A stretch of DNA of 64,000 nucleotides. Origin: Squalus acanthias. Its lineage: Eukaryota. The position numbers were made by a program, and so were the translations under genes. The stretch covers positions 120,530,001 through 120,594,000 of the forward strand of contig CM059432.1 in the NCBI GenBank assembly GCA_030390025.1, written 5' to 3'. Of this stretch, positions 12,020 to 25,734 are shown in pieces (the first letter of the stretch is position 1; every line of letters begins with the position of its first letter). The notes under the pieces were generated by a model. It worked only from the letters and a program-made list of their open reading frames with translations. It was not told where the DNA came from and did not search any database.

Positions 12020-13835
12020 TTAATTTGTTTTGTTATGGGATGTGGGCGTCGCGGGCAAGGCCAGCATTTATTGCCCATCCCTAGTTGCCCTTGAGAAGGT
12101 GGTGGTGAGCCGCCTTCTTGAACCTCTGCAGTCTGTGTGGTGAAGGTACTCGCACAGTGCTGTTAGGGAGAGAGTTCCAGGATTTTGACCCAGCGACGAT
12201 GAAGGATCGGCGATATACTTCTAAGTCAGGATGGTGCGTGACTTGGAGGGGAACTTGGAGGTGGTGGTGTTCCCATGCACCTGCTGCCCTTGTCCTTCCA
12301 GGTGGAAGAGGTCGCGGGTTTGGGAGGTGCTGCCGAAGAAGCCTTGGCAAATTGCTGCAGTGCATCTTGTAGATGGTACACACTGCAGCCATGGTACGCC
12401 GGTGGTGGAGGGATTGAATGTTTAAGATGGTGATTGGGTGCCAATCAAGCGGGCTGCTTTGTCCTGGATGGTGTTGAGCTTCTTGAGTGTTGTTGGAGCT
12501 GCACTCATCCAAGCAAGTGGAGAGTATTCCATCACACTCCTTACTTGTGCCTTGCAGATGGTGGAAAGGCTTTGGGAGTCAGGAGGTGAGACACTCGCCG
12601 CAGAATACCTAGCCTCTGACTTGCTCTTTTTGCCACAGTATTTATGTGGCTGGTCCAGTTAAGTGTCTGGTCAATGTTGACCCCCAGGATGTTGATGGTG
12701 GGGGATTCGGCGATGGTAATGCCGTTGAAAGTCAAGGGGAGGTGGTTAGACTCTCGCTTGTTGGAGATAGTCATTGCCTGGCACTTCTGTGACGCGAATG
12801 TTGCCTGCCACTTATCAGCCCAAGCCTGAACGTTGTCCAGGCCTTGTTGCATGCGGGCATGAACTACTTCATTATCTGAGGAGTGAATGGCGCTGAACAC
12901 TGTGCAGTCATCAGCGAACATCCCCATTTCTGACCTTATGTTGGAGGGAAGGTCATTGATGAAGCAGCTGAAGATGGTTGGGCCTAGGACACTGCCCTGA
13001 GGAACTCCTGCAGCGATGTCCTGGAGCTGTGATGATTGACCTTCAACCACCACAACCATCACAACCATCTTCCTTTGTGCAAGGTATGACTCCAGCCAGT
13101 GGAGAGTTTTCCCCCCGATTCCCATTGACTTCAGTTTTACTAGGGCTCCTTAATGCCACACTCGGTCAAATGCTGCCTTGATGTCTAGGGCAGTCACTCT
13201 CACCTCACCTCTGGAATTCAGCTCCTTTGTCCATGTTTGGACTAAGGCTGTAATGAGGTCTGGAGCTGAGTGGTCCTGGCGGAACCCAAACTGGGTATCA
13301 GTGAGCTGGTTATTGGTGAGTAAGTGCCGCTTGATAGCATTGTCGATGACACCTTCCATCACTTTGCTGATGATTGAGAGTAGACTGATGGGGCGGTAAT
13401 TGGCTGGGTTGGATTTGTCCTGCTTTTTTGGACAGGACATACCTGGGAAGTTTTCCATATTGTCGGATAGATGCCAGTGTCGTAACTGTACTGGAACAGC
13501 TTGGCTAGAGGCATAGCTAGTTCTGGAGCATAATTCTTCAGCACGATAGCCGGGATGTTGTCGGGGTCCATAGCCTTTGCTGTATCCAGTGCGCTCAACC
13601 ATTTCTTGATATAACCTGGAGTGAATTGGATTGGCTGAAGACTGGTTTCTGTGATGGTGGGGACCTCAGAGTAGGCCGATATGGATCATCCACTCAGCAC
13701 TTCTGGCTGAAGATGGTTGCAAATGCTTCAGCCTTGTCTTTTGCACTGATGTGCTGGGCTCCACCATCATTGAGATGGGCATATTCATGGAGCATCCTCC
13801 TCCCGTTAGTGTTTTAATGGTCCACCACCATTCAC
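12020..13835 (-). mobile_element. CR1-clade LINE, 5'-truncated RT region plus 3' UTR, inside intron 1 of the Harbinger Myb remnant
   Basis: NYRPISLLS, QFGFR, ALDIKAAFDRVWH, GVPQGSVLGPTIF, FADD motifs; frameshifted. Confidence 0.9.
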
Positions 13836-14799
13836 AGTTGTGTGAATGTCAGTGTATAGTTAGATGGTGGAAGCAGTGTGTTGAGGTTGTCATGCTGATG
13901 GTGGTGCAGTTATTGAGAAGTGTGTTTGTGAGATGGGATCTTACCTTGACCACTCGTGTCAAGTCGTTACATTTCTTTCAGCACTGGAGCCATGTCCTGG
14001 GGCCAGGGCTCCTGGCTGTCACCTCCCTGGTGATCTCATCCCACATGTGGAGCATCAGCTGCCTCTGTGGCCTACTTCCCTCCTACGGTCGAGGACATCC
14101 CTCCTCCTCTGTACCTCCTCCACCAGGACCTCCAGTGCCGCATCTGAGAACCTGGGCGCCCTCTTTCTTGCGCCTTGAAACATCGTTCCACCCGCAGCCA
14201 GTGCACTCCACACCTACAGCTCCAGGAAAATTGCATCTAATCAGCACTTGAGTGCCAAACCTGCAGTTGTCAGTTTCAGCGCCTGCAGGCACGTTTAAAT
14301 CATGATAGTCATCAATTCGCCCGAAAATTGCGTGCTAAATCCAGACTTTCAAACAGGCGTTTCTTATTAGCACAGCACCCATTTAGCGCCTGTTTTCACC
14401 CTTTGGCCAAAATAAGACCCAGAATATTTTAATCTAATCTTTGCAAAGCAAGGTCTGTTGCCAGGCCTCAAAAGGTACCCCAAGAAGCTATTCCTAGCTC
14501 TTTGAGACATGAAGGGATCTATAAATATGCAAGTCATTGTATTAAAATCAAGACTCATTACTGTAACTCATTTATTCTGTGGAACTCCTTACCACTCCTG
14601 ATTTTTTATTCACACAACTGTTCTCCCTTTCCCTCCTGAAGGCCTCGACTTCTTGCTGGGTACGATTCTGCAGCTTTCGGGTGCCCTTCTGTACTTGGTC
14701 AAAATGCCACTATGATGGCAGCAGAGTTCTAGCAAGTTTCAAATCATAATGTTTCTGCATTGTATCTTATTTCTATGATTCCAAGATAAAAACAAAAAC

Positions 14800-14945
14800 A
14801 GTGGAATTTCCACAGGGGTTCTCCCGATCGTCCGTTGTAACTTCGGTTGGAAGATCTGCGGAAACCCCTGCGAAACGGTGTAAATGGTGTGAACACCATC
14901 TCTCCGTAGTTTCCCAGAATCTTCCACCAAAGTTACAGCAACTTG
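14800..14945. mobile_element. Partial fold-back MITE, same family as 61289-61444
   Basis: Internal inverted repeat GTAACTTCGG-TGGAAGAT / ATCTTCCACCAAAGTTAC; similar to the 61.3-kb copy. Confidence 0.55.
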
Positions 14946-14949
14946 GATT

Positions 14950-15600
14950 GCTGTATTGCCTTTAATGTGGAAATATGTCCCGAGGTGCTTCACAGAGTGA
15001 TCAGACTAAATTGAACACTGAACCCAGGAAGAGATATTAAATGGGTGACTAAAGGTTGGTCAAAGTGGTGGGTTTTAAGAAGGGTCTTGAAGGAGGAGAG
15101 GTGGGAGGCACAGAGATGTTTAGGGAGAAAATTCCAGACCATAGGGCCAAGACAACAACAATGACAACAGTGACCTTGAATCTACTGGATTGCCGTAAAA
15201 ACCATCTGGTTCACTAAGGTCCTTTAGGGAAGGAAATCTGCCATCCTTACCCGGTCTGGCCTATATGTGACTCCAGACCCCACAGCAATGTGGTTGACTC
15301 TTAACTGCCCTCTGAAATGGCCGAGCAAGCCACTCAGTTGTATAAGGCGGCTCACCACCACCTTCTCAAGGGCAATTAGGGATGGGCAATAAATGCTGGC
15401 CTTGCCTGCAACGTCCACATCCCGTGAATGAATGATTTTTTTTAAAAACTTGCATTTATAGAGCATCTTTAATGTAGTAAAATGTCCCAAGGCACTTCAC
15501 AGGAGTGTTATTTGACAACATTTGACACCAAGCCACATAAGGAGATATCAGGACAGGCGACCAAAAGCTTGGCCAAAGAGATAGGTTTTAAGGAGCGTCT
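14950..15600. repeat. Cluster of L2 3'-tail fragments (-) flanking a SINE-like fragment (+, ~15175-15430) that ends in the 3' tail of the 12-kb LINE
   Basis: L2 tail motifs shared with 32785-32960. AAGGCGGCTCACCACCACCTTCTCAAGGGCAA matches the reverse complement of 12084-12115. Confidence 0.65.
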
Positions 15601-15987
15601 TTCTTTCTTTATCCTTAATCACTGAGATGAATTATAATGGTTTTACCATTGTCCTGCCTGAGACCAGCTAACTCAGTACAGACCAGGAATTGAAGCTGTA
15701 GCTATCCCGATCTTTGTGGCCACAAGGTTCACAGTGGAATAGCCGTGCCACGAACCATACCGGCAATCACGGATTAGGTCCAAACTTCCAGAATTTAAAA
15801 ACTTATAATGTAAGAGCAACTGAAAGAATAAGGAGGATCACTTTTCTTAGTGCTAGGGTGAATCCAAGCCAGTTTCCATGGAGATTGAAAGGTGAATTGG
15901 TAGTATCACAATTTTAAGAGATGGCAAAGCAAGTGTAAGTTTTAAGACAGCACCTTGAGTGCAATGGAAAGGATATTTAAGACTAGC

Positions 15988-16588
15988 GGGCTTAGGAATT
16001 GGATCGTGCAGCATCTGTGCTATAGGCGCAAAACAGGTGCATAAGGGTCCAATGTAGTGGGCGAAGCAAACACCTCATTCCGCGGCGGAAATACGCCAGC
16101 TACCATATTGGTTAAGGCTCCTCCGTAGGCATTCAGGATGCGTGCCTGAAATAGACATTGGGCCCCCTTTTGAGGCCCCGTTTGCAATATTCGTTTTCTT
16201 AAAGTGCTTTGTAGCCAAGCATGTAGTCCCTTTAAGGAGGCCGACACCCGAATGTTAAGTATTAACATCTTTACTTACCTTATTGTGGAGTAGGAGAGCT
16301 CGTCCCGGCTCCACATTAAATTCGGGGGCTGCTGCCTGCCACCACTCGCCGCCTTCCCGATTGCCTCCCTGCCCTCAGGCATTGCACAGGACCTCAGCCA
16401 GTGGCCTAATTCGCTCCCCCCTCTGCGACCGGTGAGCTGCCTCTGATGCCGTGACTGCCCCCCACCACCCCTGGCTGGCCAGTAGTAAACAAATGAGGCC
16501 AGCGGACCGATTTGCTGTGGTCCCTCCACCGAACTCATTAGGCGCCAGGGATGGCGTCCCGATTCGGGACTGATCCAATTTCTAGACC
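15988..16588. mobile_element. Harbinger-like MITE
   Basis: TIRs GGCTTAGGAATTGGATC / GATCCAATTTCTAGACC; CpG-rich interior. Confidence 0.6.
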
Positions 16589-16877
16589 AAGGTCTTATTT
16601 AAGTTGGGAGAGCATAGAAATCCAACAGGCCTGAGTGGAGATAAAATGTGTCAGTTATGGCTGACAAATAGGTTGGGCAAATTGATTGAGGTTCTTCATC
16701 GACATCATTGAAGTTAGTGTTAACTTTCATGAAAGCACCTTCTTTAAGGTTGGTGCCAAAAATAAATGACATAAAAATATAATTCACAACAACATTAATA
16801 AAGTACCCATGCATTTCCTTTTCCTGTACTTGAAATCTTTCCATCAACATTTCACTTTGGAGGTCTGCTGCTTTCAG

Positions 16878-16935
16878 GTATCTTGAACTCTGCTGAACGG
16901 AGAGACTTAACAAGGGAGCAGACTACAACTGCTAG
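16878..16935 (+). CDS. Putative internal coding exon (GILNSAERRDLTREQTTTAR)
   Basis: CTTTCAG acceptor; phase 1 to phase 2, compatible with the exons at 5308 and 20432; weak donor AG|GTTTAA. Confidence 0.4.
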
Positions 16936-17244
16936 GTTTAAGGCTGCCTCCCTTTGGAGTCCAGTGAACACATTTTAGAACAAGGAGCTATTTGTTTTGT
17001 ATAACTGACAAGAATTCACAGAGCATGCTAGAACTTGCTGTTTGTAAGTCCATTCTCACCCTCCGCTCAGCAATGGAAAAGAGCTTTTTTTTAAAAAGTA
17101 ACTTTTGAACTAAATCTGAGGTCGCCTTTTGTGTAAAAACAATAACAAGAGAGAAAAGCATGAACTTCTAAACTACATCTAATCATTCTAGCCTTAACCT
17201 CAGGAACTTATTCACTCCCAGCTTCAACCCCAGGAACTGGGTGA

Positions 17245-17450
17245 TAGAGGCAGGTTGAAAGGGTGGTAGAGGCAGAGACCCTCATCACATTTAAAAAGTA
17301 CTTGGAAATGCACTTGAAGTGCCGTAGCCTACAAGGCTACGGACCAAGTGCTGGAAAGTGGGATTAGGGTAGCTAGCATTTTCTCGGCCAGCACGGACAA
17401 GATGGGCTGAATAGCCTCCTTCTGTGCTGTAAATTTCTATGATTCTATGA
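17245..17450 (+). mobile_element. CR1 3' end fragment
   Basis: Matches 32445-32638; ends in (TTCTATGA)n. Confidence 0.8.
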
Positions 17451-19694
17451 TGAACACCTCCATGCCTGGCTTCAGCTGCAAGAACAATTCCATTCCTGGT
17501 CTCAATTCTGTGAAATTTCTTCCCCAGAGGTATCTATGGTGTCCTCCATTCCAGGAATCCCTCCATTCCTGGCCTCATTCCAGGAATGCCTCCATTAACC
17601 TATGCTCCCCTGCTCCCAGTTACCTCAATCTTGCTTTATCTTGGACCTCATGTCCCACTCCATCTTTGCCCAATTCTGCACTCCCTGGCCTGTGTTATAA
17701 TCCCCGGTTGATTTATTTGCTCCCTTCTCTGTGCGTCATTCCTCACTGAACTGCTCCCCTCATAATACATGTCTCAGACTACTTATAAGTGATGTCCCAG
17801 GAGATCTACTAATAATATAAAAGTACCTAGTATTAAGATTGAGCTGAGACAAAAGCTCGGGAGGATTATTTAAATAGATTATTTTATTATATTATTCTTT
17901 TAATAGAATCATTCCTTTGTTTAATTATTCAATTTATATAGAATTCATAAGGATGGAATTTGTTCGAAACTTCGCAAAAAGGGGTGTTCTTATTCAGAGA
18001 TTTAAAAAAAGTTAATCCGTGAATATTCGAAATCTGAAACAGAAACAGAAAAATCTGAAGCATGAGGCAGGATGATCAGTATTTGAAAGAGAGAAAAAGC
18101 TGAAGTTCTGGGTGTGATTCTACATCCATATCCTCCCCTGCTCCCCAAAATATTAAACTTTCTCTGAAATTCCAATCTGACGACAGCATATCCTTTTGGG
18201 ATATCTCGTCTGGAAAATATGTGGGTCCTCAGCCCCCTAACTGAATGGATGGAAGGTCAGGGGCAGCGACCTCACCATTTCTAGGACCAGTGCTCCCTGC
18301 AGGCATTGCCTCTCACTGTGAGCCGCCCATCGGAGAGGCATTTTCAGCACTTTCCGGTTTTTTTTGCACATATTACGCGAATGCCCGCTAGCGACTTTGC
18401 AGTGTATTATCATTTGGGCTATCAGTAAAGTGACTGTAATAGACACCACTCAGTGTCTTCTTTATGAAATCTGCTGGTATTTTTTTCAACAGTGCTGCAT
18501 TTTTATACCCACGTACTCATCAATCATACTGAAAGCTGGATGATATTCTAGGCACTTCGCACTAAGTGAATTACCCTGCTCAGAAAACTAACTTCGAATT
18601 CACAGTGCGATAAAAGTAATGCAATTTAGCGACTCATATTCAAATGGAAGGTGAATATATAATACTAATTACTACCTCTGATTATGCTACAAATGTCGTT
18701 TGCTGCATCTTTATTTATGAAATCGTACCACACATCCAACTGAGGATTTGTAAGCATCTATAATATTGGCATATTTGTGCCTCACCACTTTTTCATCAGT
18801 ATTTGTATGCATGATAAGAAGCTCGAACAGGCTAACTATATTGTCTTCGCTTCTGCACCTCATTACTCTGAGACTTTATTGCTTCCTGTATTTATTTCGA
18901 TTCTGTCTTGGTTAAAATCACATTCTCATAAACGAGATCATTGTCTGTAGTCTATCTGTTCACACGCAATTTAAATATGAGTCATAAAGACGTCCTTCCT
19001 TTTTACCTCTCTCTAACTGCCTATCATATAAACGAGTGGCTCTTAATGCGTACAGGAGACCTTTCCAAGACGAATTACAGCACATTTTCCGATGCTAATG
19101 CTGCCATGACTAACACATTAACATGCGATTGAATGGCCACTTTACACTGTAACATTATAAAACGCAGTACCTACTGACGCAGTGCCCACTCCCACCAGAA
19201 CCATCAGTGTGAACCCAACCAGAATGTTATGAAGCAGTCTACATGCTAAAAGAGTGAATGCCATTATCAGCGCGTCTTTAAATATCAGCCACAGTTACTT
19301 ATGAGGAGTTTCGATATGATTCAGTTTATTTATCTCTTCCTGTTGTGTTTTTAGAATACCTTTCTGTTATATGGTAAGTGTTGATATTATCAGAGACACC
19401 AACTATGGAGCCCAGTGAAGTCTGAAATGAAATTTTATTTTTAAATAGATGAATTAACACATCCAATTGGTTACAGATGCCTTCCCCACACCTGGCTGTA
19501 TCCACTGACATTAACATATCCCTTTCACACTGTTGTGTTCAGTAACTTTCCCCAGCCATTTGCCCTGATGCTGTTGCCAGTATTCACTATTTCATCAAAA
19601 TGATTGAGGGAAACCAACACAGGCACAAAGAACAAAAAGAAAGGATATTAAAATTGATCACAATTCTTCTCAATAATTTTGTTTTTAAAATGCG

Positions 19695-20005
19695 GTCATG
19701 ATTCCTCTCCCTGGCCATGGTCTGAGGCTGAACCAGATTGTTTTCAGCCTTGGTGTCCTACTTGACCCTGAGCTGTGCTTCCGACCCCCTATCCTTTCCA
19801 TCACCAAGACCGCCTACTTCCACCTCCGTAACATTATTCGTCTCGCCCCTGCCTCAGCTCATCTGCTGCTGAAACCCTTATCCATGCTTTTGTTACCTCT
19901 AGACTAGACCATTCCAATGCTCTCCTGGCCGGCCTCCCACCTTGCACCCTCCATAAACTTGAGCTCATCGAAAAGTCTGCTGCCCGTGTCCTAACTCGCA
20001 CCAAG
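19695..20005 (+). mobile_element. L2 LINE ORF2 fragment
   Basis: LGVLLDPELCFRP..ITKTAYFHLRNI; homologous to 33270-33560. Confidence 0.8.
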
Positions 20006-20431
20006 TTGTTGTTAAAAGTGACAGGGAAGGACAATTTTTTTGATTTTACTTTCTGACTCTATCCTCATTGAACCAGATTGGGAACATTTCACAGGTGACT
20101 ATAACTGATTTTCTGCTGGGTGAATTATTAGCACTAATCCGGCCATTACTTTGCTTACCCCACTTAGAAGGGGTGATGGGTAAAGGACTGCTTACAAAAG
20201 GTAATGGATATATTTAAAAGGATATGGCCACTTAAAGGTTATGGCCACATAATGCAGTATGTGTGGCCATATATGTGCGGCTCGGATTATGCTCTTCTCC
20301 CATCAGTGCACCGGCAACAACTGAGACTCATCCATTGACTCCATCTTGGCCACATATGGCATCAAAATGTTGATAACCTTTACAAAAGCAGCTAATATTT
20401 TATATATATATATATTTCTGCCTTTGCAAAG

Positions 20432-20561
20432 GTTGTTTGGGCAACAGAAATGCCTGACAGAACCCAATGACTGGCGCAGCAAATGTGGAGGCAGGACACT
20501 GGATCTGTGGGCAAGCGATAGAGCAGCGCAATATTCAAACTCCCTGTTTGATGACTGCTGA
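20432..20561 (+). CDS. Putative terminal coding exon (LFGQQKCLTEPNDWRSKCGGRTLDLWASDRAAQYSNSLFDDC*)
   Basis: Branch-like GCTAAT, pyrimidine tract and AAG acceptor; phase 2 continues the frame to TGA; AATAAA downstream near 21197 and 22132. Confidence 0.4.
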
Positions 20562-23419
20562 AGTCGAAGTGGTGCAGAAAGATGTAATAGTAAGGAGGGT
20601 GATCTATCTTGTCACTCCAGGCCACCTGCTGATAAGACAGTATAGGGTGCAAGGTGGACATGATCGATCAAAAAATTAGCAGAGAATCATTGTGCTAGAT
20701 TTCAGTCCATTTAGTATCTCATCCAATTTTCAGTGTTAGGAGTAAATGCCAATTTGCAGCAAATTATTTTAAAATTAGGCCTCAATTATATCATTTAGGT
20801 GTCTAGGCAATTTCCCAGCATTTACACCAGCATATCACTCCGTTCTCTACCAAATACAATGGGGATGGTTTCCTGATGCTATACAGGGAATACTAGTAGC
20901 AATGCAGTAGCCAAACAAATACTGACATGCATTAGTTGTTTGTGCTTTACCAGCAGGTTAGTTGATGTACAGATGTATATTGAGTGTAAAAATGTAACCT
21001 GAGGAAGTATGGCTCTCTCTCATACTGATTCTTAGGCCGTTGCATGTTATGTATTTGTGTTAGGTTGAATGCAACCTGGCTTAATGGAACCTGGCTCAGA
21101 ATGTCCAATAATATTAAGTCCAATTATAGTAGTACAAAATAGTGCCTGGAGGGCTATAGCTTTACATGGGGATATGTGTTATGTTTGTTGATACCGAATA
21201 AAGTTAGTGACAGCTAATCCCTGTAACACCACCTGACCTCCCTCTCGATCCAGCCCACTTAAACTATGATGCACATCACCATGTCAAAATGTCTGGAGTG
21301 CAGATGACTGGAGTTTGCATGTGTCCCGGGTCATGCCTTTCAGAAACTTTATAATACTGAGCGACACACCACAGTGACTAATTTGCATACAGAATGCATC
21401 CCTTCCCTTTGTAGCCTTAGGCAGAACTCTCCTGAGCAGGGCTGTCGGACAGCTTTCTGTTGCAACGAAGGTTGTGATAAGCTTATTAGCTGACTTTATG
21501 CAGACAAGAGATCTTCTGCTCCAATTCATTTTGGAATGGTTAAAAAAGCGACAAGTTGAAGAATTTATATTTGATACCTGCTTTCAACCATTATAATCCG
21601 CTCAGTTTAGATTTTGAACAGCAAATGGTTAACAGGAGCTGAGACTTCAGACAGAGACATGAGTGGGAGCCATGTGGTAAGACGCGGGATGACATTTTAG
21701 AAGCGCCAGTGTGTCATTCTGAGTAATTCTCATAAACATTGAAAAGAAGAGCTGACACACCTGCAGGCAAATTTTCAGGTTACTGAATTATTAAATTTAC
21801 TACAGTAAAATGTCTAAAAATTGTTCTGCGTTTGCCGATCATTAACAAGCAACAAATGATATGTTGATAGCTGATACTATGTTGCTGTAGACTCCATTAG
21901 ACAGCCATTGTGAGAGTGTTATCGAGAGAAATGTGAAATGGAGGGCTTGTTTCATATAGTATCTCCATTAGGAAGTTCAATACATCCTTTATATATCGTA
22001 GGTTGCCATAGAGGAGGGTCAGTAAAAGGAGACATTTATTCAATCCTGTGTTTTATATAATTCTTTTTGTTTTGTATTCTCCCTCTCTAACTCGACCAAT
22101 TTAAACAGCCACATCTATGCCATCCATTTTAAATAAAATGTGACCACTTATGGGTTTTGGACTGGACAGTCTCATTTGTCAGTGGACTGTGCGGGTTTTT
22201 TTTTTAAATGAAGCAGGACACCAAGATCCATTCTTTTCAAAAGTAGTTTATTTATTATCCTTATTGTTAAGTCTTAGTTTGTGGAGGCAATAATTTAGGT
22301 TTTAGTGATATTTTATCATTAGCAAAAAAAAACCATCTAAATTCAACCCAAAATCCTACCCCAAACCTTGCCTTGCTCCGGCTCCCTCTTTCATTCTTAG
22401 CATAGAAAAAAGTGCAACCGAAATTGAGCAGTGGAAGTAGTGGGTGGGACATTGCAGCCCCAGGATATCTCTGTGAATGTAATTACTATGACTCCTCAGT
22501 TGTCCTGCTTGTTGGTATATTTGATCAGTCCAGTCCCACCACCGAAATAACCATCACCATCACCATCAACCACCACTAGAACCACCACCACCACCATTAC
22601 CACCAAAGGAATTGTGACATGAGAACAGTTTCAGCCCAGACTCAGTTGTCCTTACTGTCCAGCGTTGTTGCCAGTGGGCCAGCTTGAGAGTGATCAAGAT
22701 GGCAAAATAAATTGAATACACTAAAAACAGTGAGTATTCTAAAGAGAATGATGGCATCGCACCTGTAGCTGGCACTGTAAGCACAGCGTCACATGAACAA
22801 TTGATTACAATGGAGTTGGGAGCCAGATGTTATGTGCTGGCCACCTATTGAAGATGCAGCTTGCACAATGGCTGGTCTGCTTGGTTAACTCCCACTCCCA
22901 CTGAGAAAAACGTATCCCTCCTCCTCCACATTCCCCACTGAGCAACATTTTGACCCCTCCCTCCCCCACTTAACACAATTTTTGTTCTCAACCCATTCTC
23001 CCAATTAGCAAAATGTCAGCTGTTAATCCTCCCCCCTCCCCCCGTACTGAGGCAAGATTGTGGCCTCAACATGCCCACCCAGCTGAGGACAGTATGGGCC
23101 CTCAACTCCCTCCCCCCTCATTAAGCTTGATGCCCCCTAAGTGAATAAGACTTCAGTCCCCCTTGAAGAAAATTTTAATGCTTCCACCCTCTTCTTGGCT
23201 GCATTTCTATTCCAACCACCCACCACCTGCCAATCCATTTCCCCACAACTTCCTATTGGCTGCGACAGATTACCCCTATTCCACTTCAATTTTGCCTTTA
23301 CAGTAACCCCCCTGATTGCATTTTCCATCCAAAACACCTTCCCCACCCCTCACATCGACTGTACTTATCCTCATCCAATGACTGACTGTCCGATGTCTCA
23401 CTCCCCCTAACCCTGCTGA

Positions 23420-23680
23420 TATGAAACCCCCTTCCTCAGCACTCCCTTCCTCTCTCGTTCCCCTGTCCCTTCCTCTCCCCTTCCACTCTCCCCTCCCACT
23501 GTCTTCTCCATCCCCTCCCTGTTTCCTTTCCCATCTCCCCCCTTACCTCCTCTCTCCCTCCCTCCTCCTCTCCTTTTCCACTCACACAGCTCTTCTTCCT
23601 CACTCCCCATCCCGCTAACTCCTCCTCTTCTCCTCCCCACTCCCCACATTGGTTCCACTACCCCCCACCCTCCAACCCGG
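23420..23680. repeat. C/T-rich low-complexity tract
   Basis: Near-pure pyrimidine composition on the plus strand. Confidence 0.7.
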
Positions 23681-24667
23681 CTTGAGCTAAACAATTCAAA
23701 TCGGTTTTGAGTACCCATGTGCAACACAATGGGAGACTGGCCAGTAAGATAATAACTTGCATGTATCAGTGTTCAAGCTGTACAAACTTGAGTTTGTTTA
23801 AAATTCAACTCACATTATGCTGTTCCAGGCATCTGTTTTTCATTCTGGGATAGACTGATATCTAAACAGTCTTTGACTCAAGGGATACTACTACAACACA
23901 GGCTATTATAGTCTCGATGGAAAATCTAAATACTGTGTGGCAAAGGAAATATTCATCAAGATATTATCACTCAGTCCCTATGATGTGCGATAAAAACCTC
24001 TGGGACCAATTAAGGTTTTATACAGACTCATGATTTGTAGGCTAGGGTTTGCTCTGCTAGGCCAGTAGTCGTCTGGCACTGCACTTGTGATTTTTGCTCT
24101 CTTCATTCAGCGTGGCTGTGTACTCAGTGTCTTACTAAATGGATCATTTCCAGCACCTAGCAAAACTGCAACAGGACAAAATCTGTCATTTGCCACCATA
24201 TTTTTAATAGAATGAGAACTGTTGGTTCTGAAGCAAAGAATTTTTACTTCTTTTTTGGAGTTGCGAGTTGGTTCAAGGAGTTGAAAAGGTACAAATCAGG
24301 TCACAGGATCTGTTGCTTCAATTGTTGGGAGGGCCGCTGTATAGTGAAGTGCTACTGGATACCAGAATATTCCTGATGAGAAATGCTTCTCTCACCTTCA
24401 GCCCACAACCTTTCCCTCACTGTTGCAACATTTCTCGTCATTCTCTTTCTTTTTTATTGATGGTTATCTATGGTTATTGCTTCTCTGAATTTGCCTCCTG
24501 AATTCCGAATATGCAGTTCTGCCCAGTTTTCTTTCTACCTGCATCCTCACTATATTGATTCAAGATTCATTGCACCATCTGCTGCTCTGACTCATTCCTT
24601 CCCAGACCCTTGTGACTGTGCAACTCCTTACCTCCCTCAAGTCTTCCCTACCCTCTAAAATCTACAG

Positions 24668-24861
24668 GGTCCTGAAATTATGTGAGAATTTAGTATGCAA
24701 ATGCTTAATGGGCTTGTCTGCAGTTCGTCTCTCTTTAGCAGATGCAGGAGACCATTTAAAATAAACGGGTTAACAACTCCACTATCATAGCAGAGAGAGA
24801 AATTTCAATCGAATGTGTTAAGCATTCACACATTAATATAGCACACTGTCATTGCAGGACC
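24668..24861. mobile_element. Small Harbinger-like MITE
   Basis: TIRs GGTCCTGAAAT / ATTGCAGGACC with TSD CAG. Confidence 0.5.
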
Positions 24862-25734
24862 CAGGCTCTTCAAAGCTGAGCTTGATGTTATCTAGCCATT
24901 ACCTCTTGATTGATCCGACCTTCTCTTTTATTCTTTTCAACATGCACTAGAGGCCGAAGCCCTTCCCTAAGAACAATTGCACCACATGCTACAGACTGCA
25001 ATGATACTCTTGCACATAACTTAGTTGCAGTAATACTATACCAATGGGGTACCATGAGCTGATCCAGCCCACCTCACAATTTCTTTCAGCCCTCTAAGCA
25101 ACCCCTCATTCCAAATCTTGGTCTGTCCCTATCTATTTACTCCTGCTCCCACTGCAGTTGCAGCAAGTGGTCTGATTGCTATCAATGAAAAGAGCTCAGC
25201 TCCGAAGAGCACGCCAGCAGAAACGGTTGATGTGCTCATGTGGATAAAACTATCAAATAACCTTTCTGGTTCACACAGCAGGAGCCCACATGGCTGGCAC
25301 ACACCTCCCACTTCCACCTTTAATCAGGGTCTGCAGTATGATTTCCAGAATCAGATGACTGGAATCTGCGTGTGAATGTCAGGCCGATGGACACGTGAGA
25401 ACCAGCAGAGCAGTCTCATTGTTTTACTCATTACTGGAAGAGCGGCCACTTCTGCTGGAATGTTTTTCAGAGATGAGCCCTTTTCACTAATAGAGCTCAC
25501 CTCACTCAGATTCACTGAGAGGAGAAGGGAAGATTCTGTGTGGGGCATTGCGGGCCCATGCTGGAGCAATTGAGTCAGCCAAAACAGTCCGTAAAGCCTC
25601 TTCTAGGGCTATGGAGTCTTCACATGCCATCACCATTGTCACCACCAACAGGTGGCCTGCCGACAGAAGGCCAGAAATCTGGAAATTCGCAGAAACCCTC
25701 CCATTCCCCCAGCATATTGCAATGTCACCAGCAT

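Larger units (their letters stand above)
7120..14420. mobile_element. Internally deleted Harbinger element hosting Gypsy, hAT-MITE and LINE insertions
   Basis: Imperfect TIRs GGGGGTGATTTT / AAAATAAGACCC with TSD AGA. Transposase N-terminus (+, ~10299-10560, RRPYPPRAFREHYSHIHMTQDQCMRRLYFTKE). Myb remnant (-, ~10560-14165; exon 1 ends NDLTRVVK|GTAAG). Confidence 0.75.
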
